Positions 50,864 to 60,185 are shown, counted from the stretch's first letter. The stretch: 64,000 nt of DNA from an uncultured Solibacteraceae bacterium (GCA_964573795.1 CAZNMF010000049.1:1232-65231); one strand, 5' to 3'. Translations and numbers: made by a program. The notes: generated from the sequence alone by a model not told the origin.

Positions 50864-50870
50864 ACGCCGC

Positions 50871-51827
50871 ATGAACGCGTTGTATGCACAGTTGTGTCGC
50901 CATGACGCCCAGGCGTGGCGGAAGGCGATCGACACGCTCGCCGCAGAAATCCATCCCATCGACCGCAACGCGACGCGCATCTGGTTCGCGTTCTATCCGC
51001 TGGATCTGTTCCTCGCGCTCGAGGCGTCCGAGGATCCGGCGGCGGCTGCGCGCACGCTCGGCCTGATGGGGAACTGGCGCCTGTCGGAGCAGATCGACAC
51101 GTCGCACCGTTTCCTGTACGCGCATCGCTACTGGCCGCAGGTCAAGTCGGCCGTGCAGCACGCGCCGGCGGCGCTGCCCGACGATCTCGCGGCGCTCGTC
51201 AGCGCGGTGGCGGAGTCGGCCGCGCGGACCGCGCGCGTCGATCGCGAGTTCCTGCTCGGCATGGGCGCCGTCGCGCTGATGACGCTCCGGCAGGCCGGTC
51301 CGGAGGCGTTCGCGGCCGCCCCGGGAAAGATTCATCTGTCCGAGCGCGCCCGCGCGATGTCGCCGCACCAGGTGATGACGCAGCGTGCGCGCGACGACTG
51401 GCAGGGCCTCTTCGGTTTCCTCCGCGGCCTGAAGAAGCGGTGGACGATCAGATTCGACGAAGGCGATCCGGAGGCGGCGTTCGCGCTGATCGACGGCCAG
51501 GAGATTGCGACCGCGGCGCAGACCGACAAGCGCGACTATCACTCGCGCGATCCGCGCTGCACGCCGAACGAAGGGCCGATTCCCGTCGAGTGCCGCGCGG
51601 CGTCGTGCGGCACGTGCTGGGTGGGCGTCATCGCCGGCGCCGAGAAGCTCTCGCCCGTCGTCGATCGCGACGAGCGCCGGCGGATGAAGGTATTCGGCTA
51701 TCTCGATTCGCCGGAAGAGCGTCCGCTGATTCGCCTCGCGTGCCAGGCGCGCGCGCACGGCGCGGTGACGATCGTCATTCCGCCGTGGAACGGCGTCTTC
51801 GCTAGTTGCTGCCGTCGGGAGGCCTGA
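50871..51827 (+). CDS. Two-domain protein: unrecognised about 200-aa N-terminal domain + C-terminal plant-type 2Fe-2S ferredoxin-like domain
   Basis: C-terminal ...ECRAASCGTCWVGV... (C-x4-C-x2-C) plus ...RLACQA..., spaced as in 2Fe-2S ferredoxins. The N-terminal part is not recognised. Confidence 0.6.
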   Translation: MNALYAQLCRHDAQAWRKAIDTLAAEIHPIDRNATRIWFAFYPLDLFLALEASEDPAAAARTLGLMGNWRLSEQIDTSHRFLYAHRYWPQVKSAVQHAPAALPDDLAALVSAVAESAARTARVDREFLLGMGAVALMTLRQAGPEAFAAAPGKIHLSERARAMSPHQVMTQRARDDWQGLFGFLRGLKKRWTIRFDEGDPEAAFALIDGQEIATAAQTDKRDYHSRDPRCTPNEGPIPVECRAASCGTCWVGVIAGAEKLSPVVDRDERRRMKVFGYLDSPEERPLIRLACQARAHGAVTIVIPPWNGVFASCCRREA

Positions 51828-52395
51828 GCGACGCGAGCTCGCGATCGATACGATCGCGAATTTCCTGAATCTCGTGCTCGCTCCTGGCGTTGCGCAGATC
51901 CTCGATCGCCTTCTTGATCAGCGACTGGCCCAGCCAGTTGGTGAACGCGAACTGCAGCGTCTCGATCGCGGTGATGCCGCCGGAGCTGTTCATCTCCTTC
52001 GGGGTCACCATGCTCAGGAACTCCGAGTGCGTCATCGGATTGCCGCGGCGCGTCGGGCCGTTGATGAAGTCGTAGCCGTTCATGAAGTCCCGGAAGTCGG
52101 TCTGCTTCGCGAGAATCTTCACGTAGTACCGCAACTGGCTGTCGTCGAGCTTGAGCGTCGGCGAGGAGTCGAGCGCCCGCTTGATGCGCGTGAGATCGGC
52201 CATCGTGACGGTCGGCGGGGGCGTAGCCGGCGTCGCCCGTGGAGCCGCCGGAGGCTCGGCCTGGACGGGAGGCGGCTGTCCCGATGCGGCCGGATTCTGC
52301 TCACGGGCCGAAGCGGGCGCGGTCAGGAGCGTCGCGGCCACGGCCACCGCCGTGACCAGGGCCGTGCCGCGCGCGTCAGTCTTCATCACGATCAT
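51802..52395 (-). CDS. Secreted hypothetical protein (family not recognised)
   Basis: Signal peptide MKTDARGTALVTAVAVAATLLTAPASA, a Pro/Ala-rich linker, then a structured C-terminal half. The start is one of the Met codons at 52395 or 52386. The 3' end overlaps the convergent gene by 26 nt. Confidence 0.5.
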   Translation of the reverse strand: MIVMKTDARGTALVTAVAVAATLLTAPASAREQNPAASGQPPPVQAEPPAAPRATPATPPPTVTMADLTRIKRALDSSPTLKLDDSQLRYYVKILAKQTDFRDFMNGYDFINGPTRRGNPMTHSEFLSMVTPKEMNSSGGITAIETLQFAFTNWLGQSLIKKAIEDLRNARSEHEIQEIRDRIDRELASLRPPDGSN

Positions 52396-52458
52396 AGGAC
52401 GCCTTTTCGAGGCACGCAGTCGACCGAGCAAGGGATGTGCCACGCCGTTCAGCGCCGA

Positions 52459-52956
52459 TCAGTTCGCCGGCTGCAGCAGGGGCGTCAGATTGGCCCACGT
52501 CTCGCCGTCGAGCGCCGCCAGCGTCCGGAGATACAGATCGACGTCGCCGGCATCGAACGACGATCGCACCGTCTCGGCCGCAGCAGCGATGCGATCGGCC
52601 GACGGGGCGGCGAGGGACTCGTCGGCGATCAGACCGTTCTCGTGCGCGATGCCCAGCGCATCGAGAAAGGCGCCCATCAGCGGGCGCTGCGCCGCGAAGT
52701 GGTAGGCGATGAGCGCGCGCGTGGCGATCGCGTCCGAGACGTCGCCGACCTGCGCGAGATGCCTGGCGCGACGGTCGATTGACAGGCTCTGCAGCGTCTT
52801 CGGCCGGAAGTTCAGACGCCGCGCCAGCATCAGCAGGGCTTCGGCGTGCTGCGCCTGGATCTCGGCGGACTCCGTGTCGCGCCAGAACGCTTCGGCGGCC
52901 ATCACGCGCTTTTCGACGGGCATGTCCTTCCACAAACGAGACGGACGATCGGACAT
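52459..52956 (-). CDS. Hypothetical 165-aa cytoplasmic protein (family not recognised)
   Basis: Inner start MSDRPSRLWKDMPVEKRVMAAEAFW... Helical-looking with coding-like GC3. Confidence 0.5.
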   Translation of the reverse strand: MSDRPSRLWKDMPVEKRVMAAEAFWRDTESAEIQAQHAEALLMLARRLNFRPKTLQSLSIDRRARHLAQVGDVSDAIATRALIAYHFAAQRPLMGAFLDALGIAHENGLIADESLAAPSADRIAAAAETVRSSFDAGDVDLYLRTLAALDGETWANLTPLLQPAN

Positions 52957-53017
52957 AGGCAGGATCTTAGAGCAAAACGGCGGGCGACCCGGCGCATTTT
53001 CATATACTTGCCTACCC

Positions 53018-54226
53018 ATGTCGGATCGCCCGCCAGACCGGCTGTTCACGCCGCGATTCTTCATCATGTTCGGCTACACCTTCACGGTGTTCGCCTCCGT
53101 GTTCCAACTGCTGCCCACGGCCCCGTACCGCGTGCTCGCCATCGGCGGATCGACGGCCGTCGCGGGTCTGTTTCACGGCTTCCTGACGTTCTCGTCGGCC
53201 AGCTCCGGGCCGATCACGGGCGTGCTGAGCGATCGCATCGGCCATCGGCCCGTGCTGATCACGGTGTCGCTGATTCTCTCCGTGTTCTCCGTCAGCTATG
53301 CCTTCATCAGCGAGTACCGCATCATGCTCGCGGTCGTCGTGGTCCACGGGATGATCTGGTCGGCGCTGCTGGCGGCCTCGGGCGCCTACATGACGGCGAC
53401 GATTCCCGAGACGCGCCGCGCCGAAGGCCTGAGTTACTGGGGGCTCGCGACCATCCTGGCGACGGGCACGGCGCCCATCCTGGGCTTCTGGGTCTACCGC
53501 CACGGGTGGGCCGCCCTGTGCTTCGAGATGGCCGGTCTGAACATCCTGATGGCGGTCATCGCGTGGATGCTGCCCGACGATCGCCGCGAAGCGAGCCAGC
53601 AGCCGGGCCCGTGGACCGAGCTGTCGCTGCGGCCCGCGAACGTCCACGCGTTCGTGCGCGCGCACGTCGAATGGCGCGTCTTCTGGCTGTCGATCACGAC
53701 CGGCGCGATCACATTCGGCTACGGCGCGCTGACGAGCTTCTCCGCGCTGTTTGCCGACGAGCTCGGCGTCTCGCCTCGCAGCCTGTTTCTGTCCGTGATG
53801 GCGATTGCCGTGATCGTCGGCCGTCTGGCGATCGGCCGCGGCCTCGACAGCCGCGGCCCGCGCCGCGTCCTGCTGCCGTGTCTGGTCGTGCCGTCGATCG
53901 GGCTGTTCGTGCTCGCGGCCGCGAACGGCGCATGGACGATTGGGGCGGCTGCGCTGATCTTCGGCGCGGGTTTCGGCCTGATGCAGCCGTCCTACACGTC
54001 GTACGTCCTGGCGCACGTCGCGCCCCACCGGCGAGGCGCGGCGTTCGGCGCGATGCTCGCGGCGTTCGACACGGGGATCGGATCGGGCGCATCGCTGTTC
54101 GGCGTCATGAGCCAGGCGTTCGGATCGCGTGTGGCGTTCGCGGCCGCGGGTGTCCTGGCTGCGTTGTCGATGCCGTATTTCGTGCTGGCGGAGCGGCGCC
54201 TCGGATTCCTCGCGCCGCCGAGATAA
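53018..54226 (+). CDS. MFS transporter
   Basis: Inner start MSDRPPDRLFTPRFFIMFGYTF... 12 hydrophobic segments and the loop motif ...GVLSDRIGHRPVL... Confidence 0.85.
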   Translation: MSDRPPDRLFTPRFFIMFGYTFTVFASVFQLLPTAPYRVLAIGGSTAVAGLFHGFLTFSSASSGPITGVLSDRIGHRPVLITVSLILSVFSVSYAFISEYRIMLAVVVVHGMIWSALLAASGAYMTATIPETRRAEGLSYWGLATILATGTAPILGFWVYRHGWAALCFEMAGLNILMAVIAWMLPDDRREASQQPGPWTELSLRPANVHAFVRAHVEWRVFWLSITTGAITFGYGALTSFSALFADELGVSPRSLFLSVMAIAVIVGRLAIGRGLDSRGPRRVLLPCLVVPSIGLFVLAAANGAWTIGAAALIFGAGFGLMQPSYTSYVLAHVAPHRRGAAFGAMLAAFDTGIGSGASLFGVMSQAFGSRVAFAAAGVLAALSMPYFVLAERRLGFLAPPR

Positions 54227-54230
54227 GAGT

Positions 54231-54277
54231 CCGGAAAAACAAAACCGGGTTTCCCCGACGAGCGTGGAAACCCGGTT
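54231..54277 (-). terminator. Intrinsic terminator for the DUF349 gene (12-bp stem followed by TTGTTTTT on the minus strand)
   Basis: aaCCGGGTTTCC-N11-GGAAACCCGGtt (54243-54277). The minus-sense downstream sequence is TTGTTTTTCCGG. Confidence 0.55.
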
Positions 54278-54286
54278 CCTTCGTGA

Positions 54287-54321
54287 GACCGGGCTTCCTC
54301 GACGCCTCGAGAAGCCCGGTC
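54287..54321. other. Second strong hairpin, gACCGGGCTTC-N13-GAAGCCCGGTc
   Basis: 11-bp perfect stem between convergent genes. It shares the CCGGGYTTC core with the neighbouring hairpin and with 33845-33864. Confidence 0.45.
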
Positions 54322-54335
54322 CGAGAGCAACGTGC

Positions 54336-57287
54336 CTAGACGACAGCCGCTTCCGGCCTCTGGTGCGGCGCCTGAGACTGGCGGCGCGGCTGGCCCTGGT
54401 CGTGCGACGACGACCCATGGTGACGGCGCGTCCGGTCCGTCACGCGGCGGCAGGCCTCGCGGAACCGGACGGCATAGCCGTGCGCTTCCGGGCTGTCGAT
54501 CGGCGGCAGGCGCTGCCACGCGCCTTGCGCATCGCGGACGGCATCGGCCGCGGCACGCGACTTCGACTCCTCGGCGCCGCGTCCACCCATGGCATTGCTG
54601 GCAAAGGCCGACCGCAGCTTCGCCGCGAGCAGCTCCGCTTGCGACTGGTGCGCGACCTGCGGCTCGTCGACGTCGGCCGCGAGCCCTTCGACCCGCAACA
54701 CGAGCTTCTCCATCTTGTGGAGCACGGTGGCGGGGTCGAGGTCGGTTCCGGCGAACGACTCGGGGCGCTTGGACAGCAGCTGTCCGAGCGCATGCTGCCA
54801 ACGCTCGACGAGCACCTTCATGCCGGGCACGGGCACCGGCACGCTCTGGCTCCACGTCGCGCGCACGCGCTTGACCTGATCGCCGAGATCCGCCGGCACC
54901 TCTTCCAGTGCCGCCAGCGATTCGAGCTCGACGACGATGGCCTCGCGCTCGGCGAGCTTGGTGGCCAGGCCGATCTCATGACGATGGTGATAGCGCTCGA
55001 AGAAGCGATCGGCGGCGGCGCGGAAGCGCGTCCAGATCGCCTCGGACTTGTTCTTGCGCACTGGACCGATCGTCTTCCATTCGGCCTGCAGGCGTTTCAT
55101 CTCCGCGGCAGCGGCATCCCAATCGGTGGACTCGGCCAGCGCTTCGGCGCGCTCGCAGAGCGCTTCCTTGCGCGCCAGGTTGTCGGTCCAGACCTTCTTG
55201 CGATCGATGAGATCTTCGCGGCGGCGGGTGAAGAACGTGTTGCACGCCGCACGGAACCGCTGCGCCAGCGCGCGATCCTGATCGCCCGCGACGCGCCCGA
55301 GCGCCTGCCACGCGGCCTGCAGCTCCTGGAAGCGCGCGGCCGTCTTCGCCCAATCCGTGGACGAGACGAGCTGTTCGGCTTCTTCGACGATCGACGTCCG
55401 CTTCGAGGCGGATTCGGCACGCTCGGCGCGGCGCGCGGCGAAGTAGACCTCGCACCGCGCGCGGATGAAGTCGGTCGCCGTGCGGAAGCGATCCCAGAGA
55501 CGCTGCGCGCTCTGGCGCGGGGCCTCGGCGACCTGCTGCCATTCGGCGTGCAGCTCGCGCAGCGCGCGAGCCGTCGCCGCGAGATCCGACGCCTTGCCGG
55601 CCTCTTCTTCGACCTTGAGCGAGGCGACGATGGCCTCGGCCATCGAGATCAGTTGTTCCTGACGCTGCGCGTTGGCGAAGCGGCGCCATTCGTCGAGCTC
55701 GCGGAGCTCGTGGACGCGCGGGGCGATCGTCTCCTGCAGCGTGCGAAGTGCCGACGCGGCGCGATCGACATCGTGGCTCGCGCCGGTCTGCGCCGCGGCA
55801 TCGAGTCCCGCGGTGATGTCGCGCATCAACCGCTCGCCTTCGCGGAGCGTGATCGTCTCGGCCTCGGACACGCGGCGGGCGCGCTCCGTGAGACGGTGCA
55901 GGTGCGCGAGCGCCTCCTCGCGCGCTTTGGCCGCGTCGGCCTCGTGCGCGGCGTCGTGCTCCAGCCACACGGCCTCGACGGCCCGCAGGCGCGCAATGAG
56001 ATCCGTGGCCGGGCGCGAGGCCGTCTCGAGCGTGGCGGCAAGGCCGCGTGCCTCACGGCTGAGCGTCGTCCAGCGGGCGCGCGCCGCGGCGGCATCCTCG
56101 AGGGACGTCAAGCCTTCGGCCTCGACGACCAGCGCGTCGAGCAACGCGCGGGTCTGCTCCACCTGGGCGCCCAGCTCATGCCGCTTCCGGCACGCGGTCA
56201 CCGCCTTGGCGAATCGCTCTGCCAATCGGTCAGCCTCCGGGCCGTTGCCGACGAGCGGAAGCAGCGATCGCCACTCTTCTTCGATCGGAACCAACTGCGC
56301 AAGCACGTCGTCGCCGTCGAGCGTCTCGACGCGCTCGCAGAGCGCGATGCGCGTCGCGATGGCCTCGGCGCGGAGGCGCTGGCGATCGGCGAGCTCCTCG
56401 GCCTCGCGATCGCGGCGGACGAACGCCGCCTCGGCTGCGGCCGTGGCGCGCGAGAAACGATCGACGGCCGCTTCGTCGGAGACGCCGAGCGCGCGCCACG
56501 CGTCGATCAGGCGCGCCAGCTCGGCGCGTCCGACCGCGGCGTCGGTCAGCTCCGGCAGATGTTCGACGGCTTCGATCAGCGTGCTCTCACGGCGCTGGCG
56601 CTCGAGCGCGGCGGTCTGGCGCGCGGCTTCGGCGGCCTCCCGCTCCTGGATGATGGCGCGCGCGCGGCGGCTGACGGCTTTCTGATGGGCGCGGACTTCG
56701 ATCGACCGAAGCTGCGCGAGGTCGGTTTCCGGCGTCGCCACGCGCTCGAAGGCCGCCAGGGCCACGTCGCGATGCTCGCCGTGGAGGGCGACGTCGAGCA
56801 GCTCGTTGGCGTCGTTGACCCGCGCCAGCGCGGCGGCGGCCGTCGCCTCGTGCTTCGCGTGACGCGCGATGCTGCCGAGCGCGCGCTCGTCGGTGATCCG
56901 GGAGAGGGCTTCGGCGCGGACGGCCTCGCTGGCCTCGCTCTTGGCGATCGTCGACAGCCGGCGGCCGTCGGTGAGCGCGCGGACGGCCTCGAGCGGAAGG
57001 GCCAGGTCTCCGGTCTCGGCGCTTGCCGGCCGCGACGCGAGCGTCACGAGCCGATCGGCGGCTCGATCTCTGACCTCGGCGTCGGCGTCGCCGGCCGCGA
57101 TCCGCCCGAGCGACGCGGCGTCGCTCACCATGACGACGGCCGCACGCCTGACCTTGGCGTCCGGATCGGCCTCGGCGAGCGCGGTCAGCTCGGCGGGATC
57201 GTCGAGCTCCCGGATCGCCTCGAGGCGAACGGCAGGATCAGCGTGCTTCCAGCGGGGTTGCGGTTTGAGTTTGTCGAGGAGGCCCAT
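54336..57287 (-). CDS. Large DUF349-repeat protein with N-terminal HEAT-like repeats
   Basis: 983 aa. The N-terminus has repeated ...DPAVRLEAI...DPDAKVRRAAV...DAEVRDRAA... The body has about 9 repeats of the pattern ...EALCERAEAL...TDW...A..E...LQAEWK.IGPV......W.RF..A.D.FF.R., as in DUF349. Confidence 0.8.
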   Translation of the reverse strand: MGLLDKLKPQPRWKHADPAVRLEAIRELDDPAELTALAEADPDAKVRRAAVVMVSDAASLGRIAAGDADAEVRDRAADRLVTLASRPASAETGDLALPLEAVRALTDGRRLSTIAKSEASEAVRAEALSRITDERALGSIARHAKHEATAAAALARVNDANELLDVALHGEHRDVALAAFERVATPETDLAQLRSIEVRAHQKAVSRRARAIIQEREAAEAARQTAALERQRRESTLIEAVEHLPELTDAAVGRAELARLIDAWRALGVSDEAAVDRFSRATAAAEAAFVRRDREAEELADRQRLRAEAIATRIALCERVETLDGDDVLAQLVPIEEEWRSLLPLVGNGPEADRLAERFAKAVTACRKRHELGAQVEQTRALLDALVVEAEGLTSLEDAAAARARWTTLSREARGLAATLETASRPATDLIARLRAVEAVWLEHDAAHEADAAKAREEALAHLHRLTERARRVSEAETITLREGERLMRDITAGLDAAAQTGASHDVDRAASALRTLQETIAPRVHELRELDEWRRFANAQRQEQLISMAEAIVASLKVEEEAGKASDLAATARALRELHAEWQQVAEAPRQSAQRLWDRFRTATDFIRARCEVYFAARRAERAESASKRTSIVEEAEQLVSSTDWAKTAARFQELQAAWQALGRVAGDQDRALAQRFRAACNTFFTRRREDLIDRKKVWTDNLARKEALCERAEALAESTDWDAAAAEMKRLQAEWKTIGPVRKNKSEAIWTRFRAAADRFFERYHHRHEIGLATKLAEREAIVVELESLAALEEVPADLGDQVKRVRATWSQSVPVPVPGMKVLVERWQHALGQLLSKRPESFAGTDLDPATVLHKMEKLVLRVEGLAADVDEPQVAHQSQAELLAAKLRSAFASNAMGGRGAEESKSRAAADAVRDAQGAWQRLPPIDSPEAHGYAVRFREACRRVTDRTRRHHGSSSHDQGQPRRQSQAPHQRPEAAVV

Positions 57288-57357
57288 AAGGTCCGGGCCG
57301 CATATAAGAAAAGGCCGTGCCGTACCGCGAACGTCCGGGCAGGTGATCCATGAAACC

Positions 57358-57382
57358 GACTATCTGATAGTCCTGGCAGGAC
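57358..57382. promoter_or_regulatory. Two abutting perfect palindromes, GACTATC-T-GATAGTC and GTCCTG-G-CAGGAC
   Basis: Read directly, 70-95 nt upstream of the DUF349 start codon. Their 1-nt centres make RNA hairpins unlikely, so they look like DNA operator sites. Confidence 0.35.
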
Positions 57383-57639
57383 TTGTACCGGTTTCAGGCG
57401 TTCGGCCTCGACGACGACCGCGTAACCGAAATCCGGTCTTCTGAATCCCGAATCCAACGGACGGGAGCGGTACGTAGCACGCCGATGTGAAGGCCCTGTT
57501 GCGTCTACCGTCCGGCCGGGGGGAGAGCGGTTTCGAGCGCTGAAGCGCTCCGTTGCCCACGGGCGCGGGGTCACGCGAACAGCGCCCGGCGGTTGGGGCG
57601 GGAGTCCCTAGGGCCAAATGCTGGAAGCGCGGTGGGGGT

Positions 57640-59454
57640 CTACAGCAGCGCCTCGAGCCGCGTGACCAGCGCATCCAGCTGATCGATGACCGCCTGGACC
57701 GTCTCGGGCGAGCTGAGATCGACGCCCGCCGCCTTGAGCAAGGTCATCGGGTGATCGCTGCCGCCCGCCGACAGCAGATCGAGGTAGCGGCCGAGCGCCG
57801 CGTCGCGTGCGCCGGTGATCTCGGCGGCCAACTTCGCCGCCGACGCGAAGCACGTCGCGTACTGATAGACGTAGTACGGCGAGTTGAAGAAGTGCGGGAT
57901 GCGCGCCCACGTGATGGGCGTGAGGTCCTCGAGATCGACGGCGTCGCCGTAGTAGGCCTCGAAGCGCTCCTTGTAGAGCGCGTTCAGGACCTCGGAGGTG
58001 ATCGGCTCGTCGCGCTCGACGCGCGCGTGCGCCGCCAGCTCGAAGTCGGCGAACAGGACCTGCGTGTAGAACGTGCTCGTGATGTTGTCGATGGCGTGCT
58101 GCAGCAGGACGATCTGCTCGACCCGATCGGTCGCGCGCGCGAGCAGGTGCTCGAGCAGCAGCACCTCGCTCAGCGTCGACGGCACTTCGGCGACGAAGAT
58201 CGTGTAGTCCGAGTACACGAACGGCTGGCGCTCCTGCGACAGCATCGTGTGCATCGAGTGGCCCATCTCGTGCGCCAGTGTGAACACGTCGTCGAGCGTG
58301 TCGGCCCAGTTGAGCAGCATGTATGGATGGACGCCGTAGACCGGCGCCGAGTACGCGCCGCTGCGCTTGCCGTCGTTCTCGTAGACGTCGATCCAGCGCT
58401 CGCGGAAGCCGCGCCACATGCGGCCCTGATAGTCCGCGCCCAGCGGCGAGACCGACGCGACGATCGGCTCGAGGACGTCGGCGTACGCGTACCGGCGATC
58501 CCATTCGACGAGCGGGATCGAGAAGTCGTACGGATAGTAGCGATCGAGCCGCAGCGCGCGTCGGCGCAGGCGGTGATAGCGCCGCAGCGGCTCGGCGCCG
58601 GCTCGCGTCGTCGCGATGAGGTTGTCGACGACCGATCGCGGGATGTCGTTGCCGTGCAGCGCGGCTTCCAGCGTCGTCGCATAGCCGCGGGCGCGCGCGT
58701 GAAACCAGTCGCGCTGGCAGAGGCCGTGGTAGAGCGTGGCGTAAGTGTTCAGCGTCGCGGCGTACGGGCCGTAGTGGCCGAGAAACGCGGCGCGCCGGTC
58801 GGCCTGATTGCGGTTCGTCGCCAGCACGGCGCGGTACTGGCCGTAGGACATCGTCACGCGATCGCCCGTGCTCAGGGTGACCTCGGGGAATTTCGCGTCG
58901 GCCGTCGAGAGCGCGAGATACGCCTCGCCGGGCGCGTCCGACAGCCGCGCGGACAGCGACAGCAGGCGCTCGCCGCGCTCGTCGAGCACGTGCTCCTGCT
59001 GGCGGAACACTTCCTCGATCGCGAAGCGATAGACGGCCAGGCCGGCGTCCGACGCCATCCATGCGCGGACGGTCTCGAGCCCCAGCGCCAGCAACTCCGG
59101 GCTGAACCACGACGTCGCCTGCTGCCACCGCGCCATCAGCGCCTGAACCTGCTGCTTCCGCGCGTTGACGTCGTTGTCGCGCTGGTCCTCGTCGTACTTG
59201 AGCGACGGGTAGAAATAGACCTTGTACGCGAGCTGACCGAGGCGATCGCTCAGCTCGAACGCCTCGCGCAGCCGCGCGGCGCCCTGGGCCAACGTGCCCT
59301 TGAAGGCCGCGTAGCGATCGATGAGCGCGTCCAGCTCGGCGCGCGCGAGATCCCACGCGTCCCAGCTCGCGTAGATGTCGGAGAGGTCCCACTTGTCGGC
59401 GTCGCGGATGTCCGCGCGTGCGCGAGGACGCGTCGTTTCTGGTGCGGCCATCAC
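57640..59454 (-). CDS. pepF: Oligoendopeptidase F (M3B family)
   Basis: 604 aa with the zinc motif TLAHEMGHSMH and a downstream ...EVPS... glutamate. Confidence 0.9.
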   Translation of the reverse strand: MMAAPETTRPRARADIRDADKWDLSDIYASWDAWDLARAELDALIDRYAAFKGTLAQGAARLREAFELSDRLGQLAYKVYFYPSLKYDEDQRDNDVNARKQQVQALMARWQQATSWFSPELLALGLETVRAWMASDAGLAVYRFAIEEVFRQQEHVLDERGERLLSLSARLSDAPGEAYLALSTADAKFPEVTLSTGDRVTMSYGQYRAVLATNRNQADRRAAFLGHYGPYAATLNTYATLYHGLCQRDWFHARARGYATTLEAALHGNDIPRSVVDNLIATTRAGAEPLRRYHRLRRRALRLDRYYPYDFSIPLVEWDRRYAYADVLEPIVASVSPLGADYQGRMWRGFRERWIDVYENDGKRSGAYSAPVYGVHPYMLLNWADTLDDVFTLAHEMGHSMHTMLSQERQPFVYSDYTIFVAEVPSTLSEVLLLEHLLARATDRVEQIVLLQHAIDNITSTFYTQVLFADFELAAHARVERDEPITSEVLNALYKERFEAYYGDAVDLEDLTPITWARIPHFFNSPYYVYQYATCFASAAKLAAEITGARDAALGRYLDLLSAGGSDHPMTLLKAAGVDLSSPETVQAVIDQLDALVTRLEALL

Positions 59455-59501
59455 GCGATCATATGCGCGTCACCGGCAGCACGCGAACCCGGCGCGGGCG
59501 G

Positions 59502-60137
59502 CTACGTCGCGGCTGCCGTCGTGCGGCGAATCCACTGGGCCGCGGTGTCGAGCACGCGCTCGAAGGCGCGGCCATCCGGATCCTGACGCGCGGGCAGCGC
59601 CAGCGAATGGTCGCCGCCGTCGACGAGCGACAGCGTCGCCTGCGGCAACCACGTCATGAGCTCGGTCATCTCGTCCGGCCCGCCGAACGGATCGCGCGAG
59701 CCGTGCAGGAACAGGATCGGGCGCCCAACCGACGGCAGGTGCCGATCGCGGCGCTGCGCCGGGCGGCCGGGCGGATGGAGCGGATAGCCGAAACAGACGA
59801 GCGCAGCAGGCGCCGGTGTCAGCGCGCCGCCGGCGGTCACCTGTGTGGCGATGCGGCCGCCCATCGACTTGCCGCCGATGCAGAACGCCGCCGCGCCGGC
59901 GTGGGCGGCCGTGATCGTCCGCCACGCCTCGAGATAGGCCGCCTCGAGCACGGGATTGCGGTCGGGCAGCCGGCGTCCCGCGAGGCGATAGGGAAAATCG
60001 AACGTGACGATCGTCACGCCGCGCGCCGCGAGGCCGCGGCCGGCCCGCTGCATCCACGGATGGTCTTCGCCGGCTCCCGCGCCCGGTGCGAGCGTGAGCA
60101 GGGGGGCGCCCGCGTCTGCGGCCCGGTACGTGCGCAT
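59502..60137 (-). CDS. Alpha/beta hydrolase (dienelactone-hydrolase / KANL3-Tex30-like fold)
   Basis: 211 aa with nucleophile elbow GGKSMGG, ...FLHGSRDPFG... and ...GGDHSL... Confidence 0.7.
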   Translation of the reverse strand: MRTYRAADAGAPLLTLAPGAGAGEDHPWMQRAGRGLAARGVTIVTFDFPYRLAGRRLPDRNPVLEAAYLEAWRTITAAHAGAAAFCIGGKSMGGRIATQVTAGGALTPAPAALVCFGYPLHPPGRPAQRRDRHLPSVGRPILFLHGSRDPFGGPDEMTELMTWLPQATLSLVDGGDHSLALPARQDPDGRAFERVLDTAAQWIRRTTAAAT

Positions 60138-60163
60138 GCGCCGATTCTATCGGCTTGATCACG

Positions 60164-60181
60164 CTACATCTATGAATGTAG
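60164..60181. promoter_or_regulatory. AT-rich inverted repeat CTACAT-ctatga-ATGTAG (candidate ArsR-type operator)
   Basis: 6-bp perfect arms, ending 5 nt before the ATG of the ArsR-family gene. It sits inside a 48-bp divergent spacer that is unusually AT-rich for this genome. Confidence 0.35.
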
Positions 60182-60185
60182 ATTT

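Noticed and set aside
57519-57545. GGGGGGAGAGCGGTTTCGAGCGC on the plus strand resembles the 5' end of tmRNA (GGGG...GGTTTCGAC).
   Set aside because: A tmRNA would need about 350 nt downstream plus a tRNA-like 3' end (T-arm, CCA context). That space is occupied by the pepF coding sequence on the other strand, and no T-loop motif is present.
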